IMG/VR virus record: IMGVR_UViG_3300020042_001002
Coordinates: 1-55,611 of that record
From: a virus
Lineage: Duplodnaviria; Caudoviricetes
DNA length: 55,611 nucleotides
Direction: 5' to 3' (one strand)
This document shows, piece by piece, positions 1-10,587 of the stretch; the stretch's first letter is position 1, and every line of letters starts with the position of its first letter. Below the pieces are notes generated by a model that was not told the origin of the DNA, ran no database searches, and worked only from the letters and a program-made list of their open reading frames with translations. Both the position numbers and the translations under genes were made by a program.

Positions 1-121
1 ACTTCAACAGCCCTAACTGCGTCTAGTATTACCACTGGTACACCTGTTGTTGACAGTGCAACTCTTAGCCAGAATCATGTTATCTCTGCAACAGAAATAA
101 CTACAGGCTCTCCTGTCGTTG
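1..121. repeat. Terminal overlap identical to 55491-55611 (circular assembly overlap)
   Basis: Exact 121-bp duplication of the window start at the window end; it falls in frame inside a gene. Confidence 0.95.
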
Positions 122-1449
122 ACTCGACTGTGTTGGTACTGGTCACACCAATTTCAGCAGGTAGCATCACAACGGGTACTCCTGTCGTTGACGCAACAAG
201 CATTGCCCAGACCCACGCTATCAGCCTAACAGCAATTACCACTGATGTACCTGAGGTAAATACTTCTAGTCTTGCTCAAGTCCACATCTTTACTTTAAAT
301 ACTATTACCACTGGTGTACCTGAAGTAAATACCTCCAGTATTACTCAAGTGCATCCCCTTACACTTGTTGGTATCACTACAGGTGTTGTTGAAGTAAATT
401 CTTCTAACATCTCTCAAGTCCACAATATAAACCTTACTGGTATTACTACTGATGTACCTCAGGTAAATACCTCCAGTATTGCTCAAGTCCACAATATAAA
501 CCTTACTGGCATCACTACTGGTACACCTCAGGTAAATACCTCCAGTATTGCTCAAGTCCACAATATAAACCTTACTGGCATCACTACTGGTGTGCCTCAG
601 GTAAATACCTCCAGTATTGCTCAAGTGCATCCATTTACACTTGTTGGTATTACCACTGGTACCCCTACAATAGGTACGGTAGTACTTACCCATATTCACG
701 TACTTGCACCTGCTGGTATCACTACTGGTACACCTCAGGTAAATACTTCTAGCATTTCTCAAGTCCACAATATAAACCTTACTGGTGTAGTTACTGGTGT
801 GCCTCAGGTAAATACCTCCAGTATTGCTCAAGTGCATCTATTTACACTTGTCGGTATTACTACTGGTGTGCCTCAGGTAAATACTTCTAGTATTGCTCAA
901 GTTCATGGCCTTACTTCCTCAAGTATCACTACTGGTGTGTCTGAAGTTGGGACTAGTGTACTATTAATCAGGTACGATTTTACCACTACTAGTATCACTA
1001 CTGGTGTTCCTAGTGTTAGTCAGTCTACTATTGCTCAGACTCACAACTTCTCTGCCTCTGAGATACTCACTGGTGAGCCTGAGCTTCCTGTATATCCACT
1101 TCTACAGAAGCATTTGTTTAGTCTTGTTAGTATTATCACTGGACAAATTGAAGTTGGTGTGGTACAACTGACGGAGATTTACAATCTTACCCTTGGTGCT
1201 ATCACCACAGGTAATTCTATAGTTTCTCCCTCTATAGCTGTCATTAAGGTATACCTACCAGACGACTTTAATATGGAGAGAATCGGTTACATCTCTCAAG
1301 AATCTTTCCGTGTAGTGTCAGTAGATACTGGAGAGAAGAGAGTTCGCCATATACAACCAGATGTTCTTAGGTCTGCTGACGTAAGCGCACCAGTTTCTAG
1401 AGTTGCCACTGTGGCATCAGAGATCAGCAGAATTGCGAGAGTGAGTTAA
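1..1449 (+). CDS. 3' part of a repeat-rich virion fibre/tail-associated protein; the gene starts at 54405 and crosses the junction (about 844 aa)
   Basis: Frame from ATG 54405 continues through 55490/1 into the ORF 130-1449 frame; 23-aa ITTG.P.V repeats. Confidence 0.8.
   Translation, partial: TSTALTASSITTGTPVVDSATLSQNHVISATEITTGSPVVDSTVLVLVTPISAGSITTGTPVVDATSIAQTHAISLTAITTDVPEVNTSSLAQVHIFTLNTITTGVPEVNTSSITQVHPLTLVGITTGVVEVNSSNISQVHNINLTGITTDVPQVNTSSIAQVHNINLTGITTGTPQVNTSSIAQVHNINLTGITTGVPQVNTSSIAQVHPFTLVGITTGTPTIGTVVLTHIHVLAPAGITTGTPQVNTSSISQVHNINLTGVVTGVPQVNTSSIAQVHLFTLVGITTGVPQVNTSSIAQVHGLTSSSITTGVSEVGTSVLLIRYDFTTTSITTGVPSVSQSTIAQTHNFSASEILTGEPELPVYPLLQKHLFSLVSIITGQIEVGVVQLTEIYNLTLGAITTGNSIVSPSIAVIKVYLPDDFNMERIGYISQESFRVVSVDTGEKRVRHIQPDVLRSADVSAPVSRVATVASEISRIARVS
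160..1030 (+). repeat. Degenerate 69-bp coding tandem repeat (GITTGVPQVNTSSIAQVHNINLT)
   Basis: Near-identical units 69 nt apart, e.g. caggtaaatacctccagtattgctcaagt at 460, 529 and 598. Confidence 0.9.
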
Positions 1450-1450
1450 T

Positions 1451-1774
1451 ATGAGTCTTAAGTGGCCCCCAAAAGATAAAGATGAAACTCTCGACTACAG
1501 CCTTGATTGGTCTAGGGCACTAGAGGGTGGTGAAACTATTAGCACTGTTACTTGGTCCATTGTCAATACTTCTGATGTAAAGGTCAGCTTTGGTATTGGC
1601 GTAACTGTGGACAGCCTTAAGAACTTAACCCAGACTAACACCTCAACTGTAGCTACTATATACCTTCAGGCAGGTCTTGATAACCAAGAGTACCAACTGT
1701 ACTGCAGTATCCTGACCTCAGCGGCTAGAGTTAAAGAACGTACTGTAAAGATTAGAATCAGGGAGTATAACTAA
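1451..1774 (+). CDS. Putative fibre-tail adaptor / small virion protein
   Basis: WPPKDKDETLDYSLDW N-terminus typical of this phage family; located in the tail module. Confidence 0.6.
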   Translation: MSLKWPPKDKDETLDYSLDWSRALEGGETISTVTWSIVNTSDVKVSFGIGVTVDSLKNLTQTNTSTVATIYLQAGLDNQEYQLYCSILTSAARVKERTVKIRIREYN

Positions 1775-2466
1775 TGTCTAGCTACAACTTCCTTGGATTA
1801 GTCAATGATGTGAACAACCTACTCAACGAAGTCGAACTTACACAGGCTAACTTTAGCACCGCTGTTGGTTTCTACTCCGCTGCAAGAAGTGCTATCAACT
1901 CTGCAATTAGAGAAGTGAATCAGCAGCAGTTCGAGTGGCCCTTTAACCATGACACCCAGAAAGAGTATCTGATTGAGGGTGATGTTCGTTACTATATCCC
2001 TCGTGATGTGAAGACACTGGACATGGACTCCTTCCGTATCATTCGTGATGATGACCTAGGTAATGAGACAGTGAGACTTAAGCTACTCTCTTACGAAGAC
2101 TACTTGGATAAGTACCTAGACTACGAGTATAACACTAACACAAGTCTCCGCAGTTTACCTAGATATGTCTTCCGAACTCCCTCTCTTGAGTATGGTGTCG
2201 TTCCCCCTCCAGATAAAGCCTACCCTATTGCGTATGAGTACTACCGTAGCCCAGTTGATTTAAACCTCTACTCAGATGTACCTAGTATCCCTGAGGACTT
2301 CCGTTATGTGATTGTGAATGGTGCTATGGTCCATGCTCATACATTTCGTGGTGACAATGAAAGCTCCCAGTTAAGCCTTCAGAAGTTTAATGCTGGTATC
2401 AAGGATATGAGAACCATCTACATCAACCGTTATGACTATGTCCGCTCTACTGTAAGGAATCAGTAA
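1774..2466 (+). CDS. Tail tubular protein A-like head-tail adaptor
   Basis: 230 aa, position before the nozzle gene, N-terminal FLGLVNDVNNLLNE helix and C-terminal PSIPEDFRYVIV. Confidence 0.65.
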   Translation: MSSYNFLGLVNDVNNLLNEVELTQANFSTAVGFYSAARSAINSAIREVNQQQFEWPFNHDTQKEYLIEGDVRYYIPRDVKTLDMDSFRIIRDDDLGNETVRLKLLSYEDYLDKYLDYEYNTNTSLRSLPRYVFRTPSLEYGVVPPPDKAYPIAYEYYRSPVDLNLYSDVPSIPEDFRYVIVNGAMVHAHTFRGDNESSQLSLQKFNAGIKDMRTIYINRYDYVRSTVRNQ

Positions 2467-4004
2467 TGCCTTCGAACTTAGAGACATTCCCCATTGAATT
2501 TAGGGGTGGCCTAATCTCTAACTTGAACCCCCTTCAACAGGGTACCAATAAGGTTGGGTCAGCTACTATTCTTCAAAACTTTGAGCCATCTAAGAACGGT
2601 GGTTATAAGAAGGTATTGGGCTATACTAAGTTTATTTCTGCTGCTCTTGCTGGTTCTGGTAACGTATTAGGTGTTAGGGTTGTAAGCTCCTCTGAAGTGA
2701 TTGCAATCCGTAAGAACAGTAGCAACGTCTCTCAGTACTATATTGGATCAGGCAGTACATGGACATCTCTTGGTAGTGCAGCATTACTTGGTGGTAGAGT
2801 TAGACATGAGGATTACAACTTTACTGGTGTAGATAAGATCATGTTTGTAGATGGGGCAAACTCTCCTGCAGTCTTTAACGACTCTACAAATGCTCTGACT
2901 TTTCCATCACTACCTGCTGAACTAACTGGTGCTGAACATATTACACAATACAAGAATGGGCTATTCATCTCTAAGGGAACAAACCTTTACTTCTCTGCGC
3001 CCTTTTCTGATACAGACTTTACTGCGGCTAGTGGTGGTGGTGTTATCAATGTTGGTCACCAAGTTACAGGACTCTTTGTATTCCGTGATCAGTTGATTAT
3101 CTTTAGCAGAAGTAAGATTCAACGTATTACAGGCAGTTCTATTGGGGACTTTGTGCTTAATCCTGTGGCTGAAAACATTGGCTGTCTGTACGGAGAGACT
3201 ATACAGGAAGTCGGCGGTGACGTTATGTTCATGGCTGCGGATGGTCTAAGACTTCTGAGTGCTACTGAACGTATTGGTGACTTTGGTCTTGGTGTTGCAT
3301 CTGCTCCAATCAGCAAGGACGCTATATCCTTTATCAACAGTACTACTACCTTCTCAAGTATTGTCCTAAGAGAGAAGGCTCAGTATCGTGTGTTTGCCTT
3401 TAGCGAATCCGTACCGACTGCATCTGCTAAAGGGCTTATAGCTACAAAGTTCTCTGATCAGGGTACTGATGAAATTCACTGGGCCACCCTTAGTGGTTTT
3501 AGATCATTCTGCGCGCATGGTCTGTATGTCGTTGGGCAAGAGCTGACTGTCTTTGCGAATAGTGACGGTTATGTTTACAAACTAGAGTTTGGTTCTAGTA
3601 GAGATGGTGCTACTATTGAGGCAGTCTTTAAGTCTCCCCATATGCCTATTAGTGATCCGCAGATACGTAAGACCTTTTATAAACTAGCCCTTTATGCAGA
3701 GACTACTGGTACTCTTTCAGTTTCTATAAATCTAGATTTTGACTTGTTTAAGGTTGATAACTACACAGGTGGATTAGCTAATACTATCGTTATCTCTAGT
3801 GAGTCTACTGGGGTATTTCTTTATGGTAGTCCCTCCTCAGTGTATGGAACCTCTACTTATGGTGGCGCACTAGACAATGTTTTAAATACTAATGTTATCG
3901 GTAGTGGTAAAACAGTATCACTTCGTATAGAAGACTCGACAACAAACCCCACGTTCAGCTTAGATACTGCTGTCCTTGAATATAGAATTAACGAGAGAAA
4001 GTAA
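2466..4004 (+). CDS. Tail tubular protein B / nozzle (stabilization protein)
   Basis: 512 aa, beta-rich, FRGGL N-terminus, NIGC motif, podovirus tail synteny. Confidence 0.65.
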   Translation: MPSNLETFPIEFRGGLISNLNPLQQGTNKVGSATILQNFEPSKNGGYKKVLGYTKFISAALAGSGNVLGVRVVSSSEVIAIRKNSSNVSQYYIGSGSTWTSLGSAALLGGRVRHEDYNFTGVDKIMFVDGANSPAVFNDSTNALTFPSLPAELTGAEHITQYKNGLFISKGTNLYFSAPFSDTDFTAASGGGVINVGHQVTGLFVFRDQLIIFSRSKIQRITGSSIGDFVLNPVAENIGCLYGETIQEVGGDVMFMAADGLRLLSATERIGDFGLGVASAPISKDAISFINSTTTFSSIVLREKAQYRVFAFSESVPTASAKGLIATKFSDQGTDEIHWATLSGFRSFCAHGLYVVGQELTVFANSDGYVYKLEFGSSRDGATIEAVFKSPHMPISDPQIRKTFYKLALYAETTGTLSVSINLDFDLFKVDNYTGGLANTIVISSESTGVFLYGSPSSVYGTSTYGGALDNVLNTNVIGSGKTVSLRIEDSTTNPTFSLDTAVLEYRINERK

Positions 4005-4008
4005 AAAC

Positions 4009-6753
4009 ATGAGTGGATATATTCGTCAGGATACCTCGAACAACATTGCAACTGGTAGTGTCATTAACGCCACAGACCTTGACAATGAGTTCGATGCAGT
4101 TGTAAGTGCCTTTAATAGCAGCTCTGGTCACAAGCATGACGGTACTTCTGGTGAGGGTGCGCCTATCACTGCTACTGGTCCCTCTCAGGATGTTGTTACT
4201 TCTGCCATTGCAATGTCCCCTAAGACAAACAATACTATTGACTTAGGTACTACTTCACTCAAGTACAAGAACCTGTACACTGCGGGTGTGGCTAATATTG
4301 CTTCTCTGGTTGCAGACACTGCTGACATTAATGCTGGTACTATTGATGCTACTGTGATTGGTGGTACTACGGCTGCTGCTGGTACATTCTCCGCTTTGGT
4401 TGCTTCCTCTGCCACTGTTGGTGGGGTTACTGTCGCTAATACCACAGGTTCTCAGACACTTACTAACAAGACGATTAGTGCAGACAGTAACACCCTGAGT
4501 GGCATTGCGGCTTCTAGTTTTGTATTGTCTGATGCCTCTGGGAATATTGATGGGGCTGCTGTTCAGAAGGCTATCCCTTCTGGTGTAGTTGTTGGTACGA
4601 CTGATACTCAAACCTTGACTAACAAGACTATCAACCTTACCAGCAACACTCTAGTAACTACCTCTGCACAACTTCTTGCTGCACTGACGGATGAGACTGG
4701 TACTGGTTCTGTAGTGTTCTCTGCAAGTCCTACTCTAACTGGTACACCCATTGCTCCTACTGCTACTGTAGGCACCAACACTACTCAGATTGCTACCACT
4801 GCTTTTGTGACTGCTGCTGTCACTGCTGCTACTACGGGTACAGTCACTGTCACTACTTTGAACACAACAAATCTGGCTCTTGGTGGCACTACCCTCACTG
4901 TGTCTGGGGCTGAACTTAATTTTGTTGCGGGTGTTACTTCTGCTATTCAAACACAAATCGGCAGCTTACAATCACAAATTACAGATAGGGCAACCATTGC
5001 AAGTCCTACCTTTACTGGTGTCCCACTGGCACCTACTGCTGCTGTAAGCACTAACACCACTCAGATTGCTACCACCGCTTTCGTACAGGCTGCTCTGTCT
5101 GGCTCTGGCCTTGGTGATATGCTTAAGGCTGTGTATGACAGCAATAGTGATGGTGCAGTGAACCTTGCAGATGCTTGGACTACTGCCAGAACTATCACCA
5201 TTGGGTCTACGGGTAAGTCTGTAAATGGCTCTGCTGATGTTACTTGGACTGCTGCAGAAATTGGTATCAACGATGCTACTCTGACGCTGGCTACATCTGG
5301 TATTGCCACTGGTTCTCAGACCTTTACTTCCAACCAGTCTACTGCTGCTACCTTCACTGTCAACGTCCCTGCTACTGACCTGACTGCTACTGCGGGTACT
5401 ACTGCTGGCCCAACCATCAACTCCTCTACTGGTACTGATGTAGTTATTCCTTCTGCTAGTGCAAATGCCTCTGGTATTGTGACTACGGATGCTCAGACAC
5501 TTGCTGGTGTAAAGACTTTCTCTACTAGTATTAGTACCCCCGCTGCAACCATTACTACCCTAACCCTTGGTGCTACGGCTATTACTGCTACTGGGACAGA
5601 ACTAAACTATGTTGATGGTGTTACTAGTGCTATCCAAACTCAGTTTAGTAATAAACAACCTCTTGATGCAGCCTTGACCTCTATCTCAGGTCTTACAACC
5701 GCTGCAAACCAGATGATCTACACTACTGCTAGTGACACCTATGCAGCCACTTCTCTCACACTTGCAGGTAGGCAGTTGCTAGATGATGCGGATGCTGCGG
5801 CTCAACTTGTAACTTTGGGTTTGACTGCGACTGCTGCGGAGCTTAATGCCCTTGATGGTATCACTGCGAGTGTTGCAGAACTAAACTTTGTAGATGGTGT
5901 TACTAGTGCTATCCAAACTCAACTTAATGCTAAACAACCTCTTGATGATGACCTAACTGCACTTGCTGCTATTGGTACTACAGGTATCCTTGTCCGTACT
6001 GGTGCTGGTACTGCTGTCACTAGAGCTATTGCTGCTGGTACTGGTATCTCTATCGCGGATGGTACAGGTGTAGGAGCTAACCCAACTATTACGGCTTTGG
6101 CATCTAACAATTATCAAGAATTTACAGCGTCTGGCACTTGGACAAAACCTATCGGTCTTCACGCAAACGCTATTGTGACTATAAAAGTGTGGGGTGGCGG
6201 CGGAGGTGGTGGGCGTGGCGGTTCGAATTATACTATTGGGAACGGTGGCGGTGGCGGTGGATACGCTGACGTCTCGATCCTTGCTTCTCAACTTGGAGCC
6301 ACAGAGACAGTCACGGTGGCTGCAGGTGCAATAGCCAAATCCACTGCAGGCGATGGGAACTCTGGAGGTAGCAGTTCTTTTGGCTCTATACTAACAGTCT
6401 ATGGTGGAACTGGCGGCGGTGGTAATACAAACGATAACTCTGTAGGTGCGGCGGGTAGCTATATGGCAACGGGTTATCCCGGGGACGGGTCTTTCCGCGC
6501 CACCTACGGGTCAGCTGCTGGCAACGTAACCACATATCCTGCCTTTAACGGCGGAGGTGGTGGAAAAGGCTTTAGCGGAGCGACAGGCTATGGTAATAAC
6601 CTTAGCTTATTTGGGGGAAATGGTGGTGCTACAGCAGGGGCATCAGGATCAGCTCCTGCTGGTGGTGGTGCGGGCCTTAACACAAATAGTGGATCAGCTG
6701 GGGCTGGTGGGCGTGGTGAAGTTCGCGTTTGGATTATAGGAGGGATGGTATGA
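4009..6753 (+). CDS. Tail fibre protein with C-terminal glycine-rich domain
   Basis: ATG 4009; DLDNEFDAV..GHKHDG anchor, QTLTNKT, TNTTQIATTAFV and ELNxVxGVTSAIQTQ repeats, FTASGTWTKP Gly-rich tip. Confidence 0.8.
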   Translation: MSGYIRQDTSNNIATGSVINATDLDNEFDAVVSAFNSSSGHKHDGTSGEGAPITATGPSQDVVTSAIAMSPKTNNTIDLGTTSLKYKNLYTAGVANIASLVADTADINAGTIDATVIGGTTAAAGTFSALVASSATVGGVTVANTTGSQTLTNKTISADSNTLSGIAASSFVLSDASGNIDGAAVQKAIPSGVVVGTTDTQTLTNKTINLTSNTLVTTSAQLLAALTDETGTGSVVFSASPTLTGTPIAPTATVGTNTTQIATTAFVTAAVTAATTGTVTVTTLNTTNLALGGTTLTVSGAELNFVAGVTSAIQTQIGSLQSQITDRATIASPTFTGVPLAPTAAVSTNTTQIATTAFVQAALSGSGLGDMLKAVYDSNSDGAVNLADAWTTARTITIGSTGKSVNGSADVTWTAAEIGINDATLTLATSGIATGSQTFTSNQSTAATFTVNVPATDLTATAGTTAGPTINSSTGTDVVIPSASANASGIVTTDAQTLAGVKTFSTSISTPAATITTLTLGATAITATGTELNYVDGVTSAIQTQFSNKQPLDAALTSISGLTTAANQMIYTTASDTYAATSLTLAGRQLLDDADAAAQLVTLGLTATAAELNALDGITASVAELNFVDGVTSAIQTQLNAKQPLDDDLTALAAIGTTGILVRTGAGTAVTRAIAAGTGISIADGTGVGANPTITALASNNYQEFTASGTWTKPIGLHANAIVTIKVWGGGGGGGRGGSNYTIGNGGGGGGYADVSILASQLGATETVTVAAGAIAKSTAGDGNSGGSSSFGSILTVYGGTGGGGNTNDNSVGAAGSYMATGYPGDGSFRATYGSAAGNVTTYPAFNGGGGGKGFSGATGYGNNLSLFGGNGGATAGASGSAPAGGGAGLNTNSGSAGAGGRGEVRVWIIGGMV

Positions 6754-6905
6754 TTAAAGCTCAGATTGAAGACGGCATTGTGGTCAACATCATTGTCGTT
6801 GATCCAGATAATATTCCCGAATGGTGCGCTGATTGGCCCACTGCAACTGAGAGTTGTAATATTGGCGGGGCTTATGTTGATGGTGTGTTCATCCCCACCA
6901 AATAA
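6750..6905 (+). CDS. Small tail-fibre-associated protein (51 aa, MIKAQIEDGIVVNIIVVD...)
   Basis: ATGA overlap with the fibre stop, AGGAGG RBS; translated by hand. Confidence 0.65.
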   Translation: MIKAQIEDGIVVNIIVVDPDNIPEWCADWPTATESCNIGGAYVDGVFIPTK

Positions 6906-6908
6906 CAC

Positions 6909-6937
6909 TTGCAGTATACTTAGTTTTAGAGTAAGAT
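6909..6937 (+). promoter_or_regulatory. Putative sigma70-type promoter
   Basis: TTGCAG-N17-TAAGAT upstream of the internal virion protein genes. Confidence 0.45.
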
Positions 6938-6962
6938 AAAAGATAGTTTCTGGAGAGATATA

Positions 6963-9302
6963 GTGGACTTTTCCCCCCAACAAAAATACAACCTACTTAC
7001 AGCAATGGGTTACTCTGGTTCTTCCCAAGCTCCTGAGATGGATGCCTTTGTTCAGTCTAACCCTAGGGCCGCTGCTCTCATGGGTAAGTTTACTCGTGTC
7101 GTTAAGAAACGTGCTGGTATGGTTGAGGGTGGTGTTGTAGGTAGTCCCCCACAGTCTGATGGTTCTAAATTAGCTGAGACAGTCATTCAACAACCTGAGG
7201 CTCTGACTACTAAAGCGGAGGTAGCAAAGGTAGACATTAGTCCAAATACCCTTATCTCTGATACTGTAGGTAAAGTTGAAACTCCATCTGCTGCTACTGC
7301 AACTACAGTTGGTACCACTGCTAAGGCTGAAGCACCTACTGCTGCACCTGCTGCTACTGTGGAGGCTACCAATGTTGCTGCTGATGTAGCTAAAGTAGCT
7401 AATGAAACACAGGCTGTTACAGGTGAGGTCAGAGATGAGAATCTTGTGACTGCTGCTCAAGGGAACCTTTCTTCTGGTGCTACAGCTACTGCAGATACTT
7501 TCGACAGAAGCAACCTACAGACTGTAGAAGCTGGTACACTTGGTGTAGGTGATAAAGAGATTGTTTCTCCTGCAGGTCAGACTGCTACAGCTATTAAGAC
7601 GGAGGTTGCTCAATCTGAGGGTGTTGCTCAGGCAGTAGCAGAGGCTGGCACTGTTCAAGCAAATGAACTCCCCGTAGCTGCACAGATCAAAGACTCTGAG
7701 ATGGCTCAGGCTACTGCAGTTGTTTCTGCTGGGTTGTCTGCGGATGCTACAGCGGTTGCTGCTAAACTAGAGAAGTTCAGTGTAAGTAATGAAACTCTTG
7801 CAGAAGCTATGCAGGGTAAAGTTGGTCCACTTGATACTGTTCAGGGTCAGCTCTCTGAGTTGATGAAGAGCTTCAATGATGGTACTCCTGCATGGGCTGC
7901 TGGGGCAATTCGTGGTGCTAATGCTGCTATGAATGCTCGTGGCCTTGGTGGTTCCTCTATGGCTGGTGCTGCTATCCTACAGGCTGCTATGGAGTCTGCT
8001 ATCCCTATTGCAAGTCAGGATGCTGATACTTTCAACAAGATGAATTTGCAGAACTTGAATAATCGTCAGCAAGTCTCTCTTGCCAATGCTGCAGCACAAC
8101 AGGGTCTACAGTTACAGAACCTTAACAATGAGCAACAAGCTGCTCTACAAAATAGCTCTAACTCTTTCTCCCTGCAAAGTCAAAACCTCAGCAATATGCA
8201 AAGCACTATTATTGCTAATGCTCAGATCAAGGCATCTCTTCAGGGTCAGAACCTTAGCAACCAACAGCAAGCAAATCTTGCAACTGCAGCACGTTATGCA
8301 GAGGTAGCTAATGTAAACCTGAACAACCGCCAACAAACTATGCTTCAGAATAATATGAATGCTGTGAACACTGATCTGGCAAACCTTTCTGCTAGACAAC
8401 AGGCATACGTGACTAACGCAAACATTGCGGCAACCCTTCAGGGTCAACAGATTAGTAACCAACAACAGGCTGCTATTGCGAATGCTTCGAGATACTCTGA
8501 GGCAGCAAACATTACATTCACCGCAGGACAACAGGCTGCTCTACATAACTCCACACTCATGCAGACTATTGGGCTTGCAGACCTTGATGCTAAGAAGGCA
8601 GCTACCCTACAGAATGCAGCCACTACGGCACAGATGGATATCACTAACCTCAATAATCGTCAACAGGCTGCAGTACAGAATGCTAATGCTTTCTTGCAGA
8701 TAGATATGACTAACCTGAACAATGAACAACAGACGGAGATCTTCCGTGCCCAAGCAAACGTCAATGCAATCCTGACTGATGGTGCTGCTCAGAATGCTGC
8801 TAAACAGTTTAATGCCTCTAGCGAGAACCAGACGAACCAGTTCTATGACAGCCTAACAGCTAACGTCTCTCAGTTCAATGCCAACCAAACCAATGCTATG
8901 AAGCAGTTCAATGCTGGTGAGGTCAATGCCGTCGATAAGTTTAATACTCAACTAGAGGCCCAGCGTAACCAGTTCAATGCAACTAATGGTCTTGTGATTG
9001 CTCAGGCTAACGCAGTCTGGAGACAGAATGCAACCACTATGGATACCGCTACTCAGAACAATGCTAATGCTGCTGCTGCCTTGACTATGAATGGGTTGAC
9101 CACCAGAGCTATGGATGAGATTTGGCAGGGAGAAAGAGATCGCCTTGCATTTGCCTTTACTACTGTCGAGTCTGATAAGGATCGTGCTGCACAACTTCTA
9201 CTTGGTAATAAGCAGCTTGATGCTAACGCTAAGGTAGCTAGTGATGCTGAGGAGACGGCGCGGTCCAATTTTATTACTAAGATTATTTTTGGAGACTGGT
9301 AA
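6963..9302 (+). CDS. Internal virion (ejection) protein, Ala/Gln/Asn-rich
   Basis: 779 aa, NLNNRQQ-type repeats, GGAGA RBS, position after the tail genes. Confidence 0.6.
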   Translation: MDFSPQQKYNLLTAMGYSGSSQAPEMDAFVQSNPRAAALMGKFTRVVKKRAGMVEGGVVGSPPQSDGSKLAETVIQQPEALTTKAEVAKVDISPNTLISDTVGKVETPSAATATTVGTTAKAEAPTAAPAATVEATNVAADVAKVANETQAVTGEVRDENLVTAAQGNLSSGATATADTFDRSNLQTVEAGTLGVGDKEIVSPAGQTATAIKTEVAQSEGVAQAVAEAGTVQANELPVAAQIKDSEMAQATAVVSAGLSADATAVAAKLEKFSVSNETLAEAMQGKVGPLDTVQGQLSELMKSFNDGTPAWAAGAIRGANAAMNARGLGGSSMAGAAILQAAMESAIPIASQDADTFNKMNLQNLNNRQQVSLANAAAQQGLQLQNLNNEQQAALQNSSNSFSLQSQNLSNMQSTIIANAQIKASLQGQNLSNQQQANLATAARYAEVANVNLNNRQQTMLQNNMNAVNTDLANLSARQQAYVTNANIAATLQGQQISNQQQAAIANASRYSEAANITFTAGQQAALHNSTLMQTIGLADLDAKKAATLQNAATTAQMDITNLNNRQQAAVQNANAFLQIDMTNLNNEQQTEIFRAQANVNAILTDGAAQNAAKQFNASSENQTNQFYDSLTANVSQFNANQTNAMKQFNAGEVNAVDKFNTQLEAQRNQFNATNGLVIAQANAVWRQNATTMDTATQNNANAAAALTMNGLTTRAMDEIWQGERDRLAFAFTTVESDKDRAAQLLLGNKQLDANAKVASDAEETARSNFITKIIFGDW

Positions 9303-10024
9303 TGGATTACCGCAGAAACTATAGCAATGTTCTTTCTCTTGCAGAGCGTATCCGTGAGGGTGCTGCACAGGGTAAGACAACTAAGGCTGGTACTGGACTT
9401 GCTGCTCGTATCACACCTGAGCCTCTTCCGGGTGAGCCTGACTTCCAGATGGTTACAGCTAACTATATGAAAGACATTCAGGATATGTTTGCAAATACCA
9501 AACCCTTCTTGGAAGAACCAGCTAGTCAGGATGAGATACAGAAATACTTGGACACCCTAGAAACAAACAGGACTACAGAGAACCTCAATGCTCCTAGTGC
9601 CAGAACAGAGGGTCACAGAGATAACAGCCTTCTCTCACAACTAATTTACTCTGAGTCTGGTAACAACCCCAATGCGTCTCGTGTGAATGATGATGGCAGA
9701 AGGTTTGTTGGACTGGTACAGATGGGTGAGGCTCGTCTTCAAGACTACAACAAAGCTAATAAGGCGAATGTCAAACTAGATGACTTCAAGGGTAATCCTA
9801 CTCTAGAGCGGTCTGTGATTAGCTGGCACATGAGAGACTTAACCAACCTAGCAGAAGAAATGTCAGCTAAGACTGGTATGGATGTAAATGGTCTTGTAGC
9901 TGTGGGCCACCTAGGTGGACGTACTGGGATGACTAAGTTTGCTACATCTGGTGGAAAATATAATAAGCGGGATGAAGAGGGTACACATCTGATGGATTAC
10001 TATACAAGGTTCAAAAGTAAATGA
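9302..10024 (+). CDS. Internal virion protein with lysozyme/lytic transglycosylase-like domain
   Basis: LIYSESGNN catalytic Glu motif, GLVQMG, and HLGG motif. Confidence 0.65.
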   Translation: MDYRRNYSNVLSLAERIREGAAQGKTTKAGTGLAARITPEPLPGEPDFQMVTANYMKDIQDMFANTKPFLEEPASQDEIQKYLDTLETNRTTENLNAPSARTEGHRDNSLLSQLIYSESGNNPNASRVNDDGRRFVGLVQMGEARLQDYNKANKANVKLDDFKGNPTLERSVISWHMRDLTNLAEEMSAKTGMDVNGLVAVGHLGGRTGMTKFATSGGKYNKRDEEGTHLMDYYTRFKSK

Positions 10025-10587
10025 GAGAATTTAGTGCGCCTATTCCGGGGCAATCCTTAACAACCCCTCCTAAGAATTATGCTTGGGAGCGTCCCCCTGA
10101 GATCAATGACCCAGAAGAAGCAATGCAGATGCACCTTACTCGTATCTCTCAGCCAGAGATGCTTGATGCAGTTATGAATGCTATTGATTTACAGGGTTTA
10201 GATATTCAAACAGTTACTAACGGCATCATTCGTGGTGCTGTCTCTAAGGGTATTCACTCTATTGATGTTGGTATGATGGTAGCTCCTGTACTTCATGAGT
10301 TTATTAAACAGTCTGCAAAGGCTTTAGGTATCGAAGCTGATGATGGGTTTGTCGATAAGAAAGCTAAGGCTGCGGAGCGTGAGGCTGTCATTGCGGGTAA
10401 GGCTAGGAAGATGCTTGCTAAGATGGGGGTTAAGCCAGCGGAGATTGCTATGGCTGCTGAGGAGGCTGCTCCTGAGGCTGCTCCTGTGGCTCCTGAGGCT
10501 GCTCCTATGGAACCTGAGGCTGCTCCTATGGAACCTGAGGCTGCTCCTATGGAACCTAAAGGCTTGATGGCACGGGGAGAGATGTAA
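10021..10587 (+). CDS. Putative virion protein
   Basis: APIPGQSLT..PKNYAWERPP N-terminus; structural operon. Confidence 0.5.
   Translation: MREFSAPIPGQSLTTPPKNYAWERPPEINDPEEAMQMHLTRISQPEMLDAVMNAIDLQGLDIQTVTNGIIRGAVSKGIHSIDVGMMVAPVLHEFIKQSAKALGIEADDGFVDKKAKAAEREAVIAGKARKMLAKMGVKPAEIAMAAEEAAPEAAPVAPEAAPMEPEAAPMEPEAAPMEPKGLMARGEM
10462..10557 (+). repeat. 21-bp coding tandem repeat (EAAPMEP)
   Basis: gaggctgctcctatggaacct x3 plus degenerate copies. Confidence 0.85.

Noticed and set aside
295-837. Antisense ORFs such as 295-837, 12738-13268 and 35612-36142
   Set aside because: They are shadow frames of real genes or repeats, without RBS or recognisable motifs.
160-1030. Diversity-generating retroelement template/variable repeats in fibre genes
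   Set aside because: No reverse transcriptase is present; the repeats are tandem and coding, without an adenine-specific mismatch pattern.
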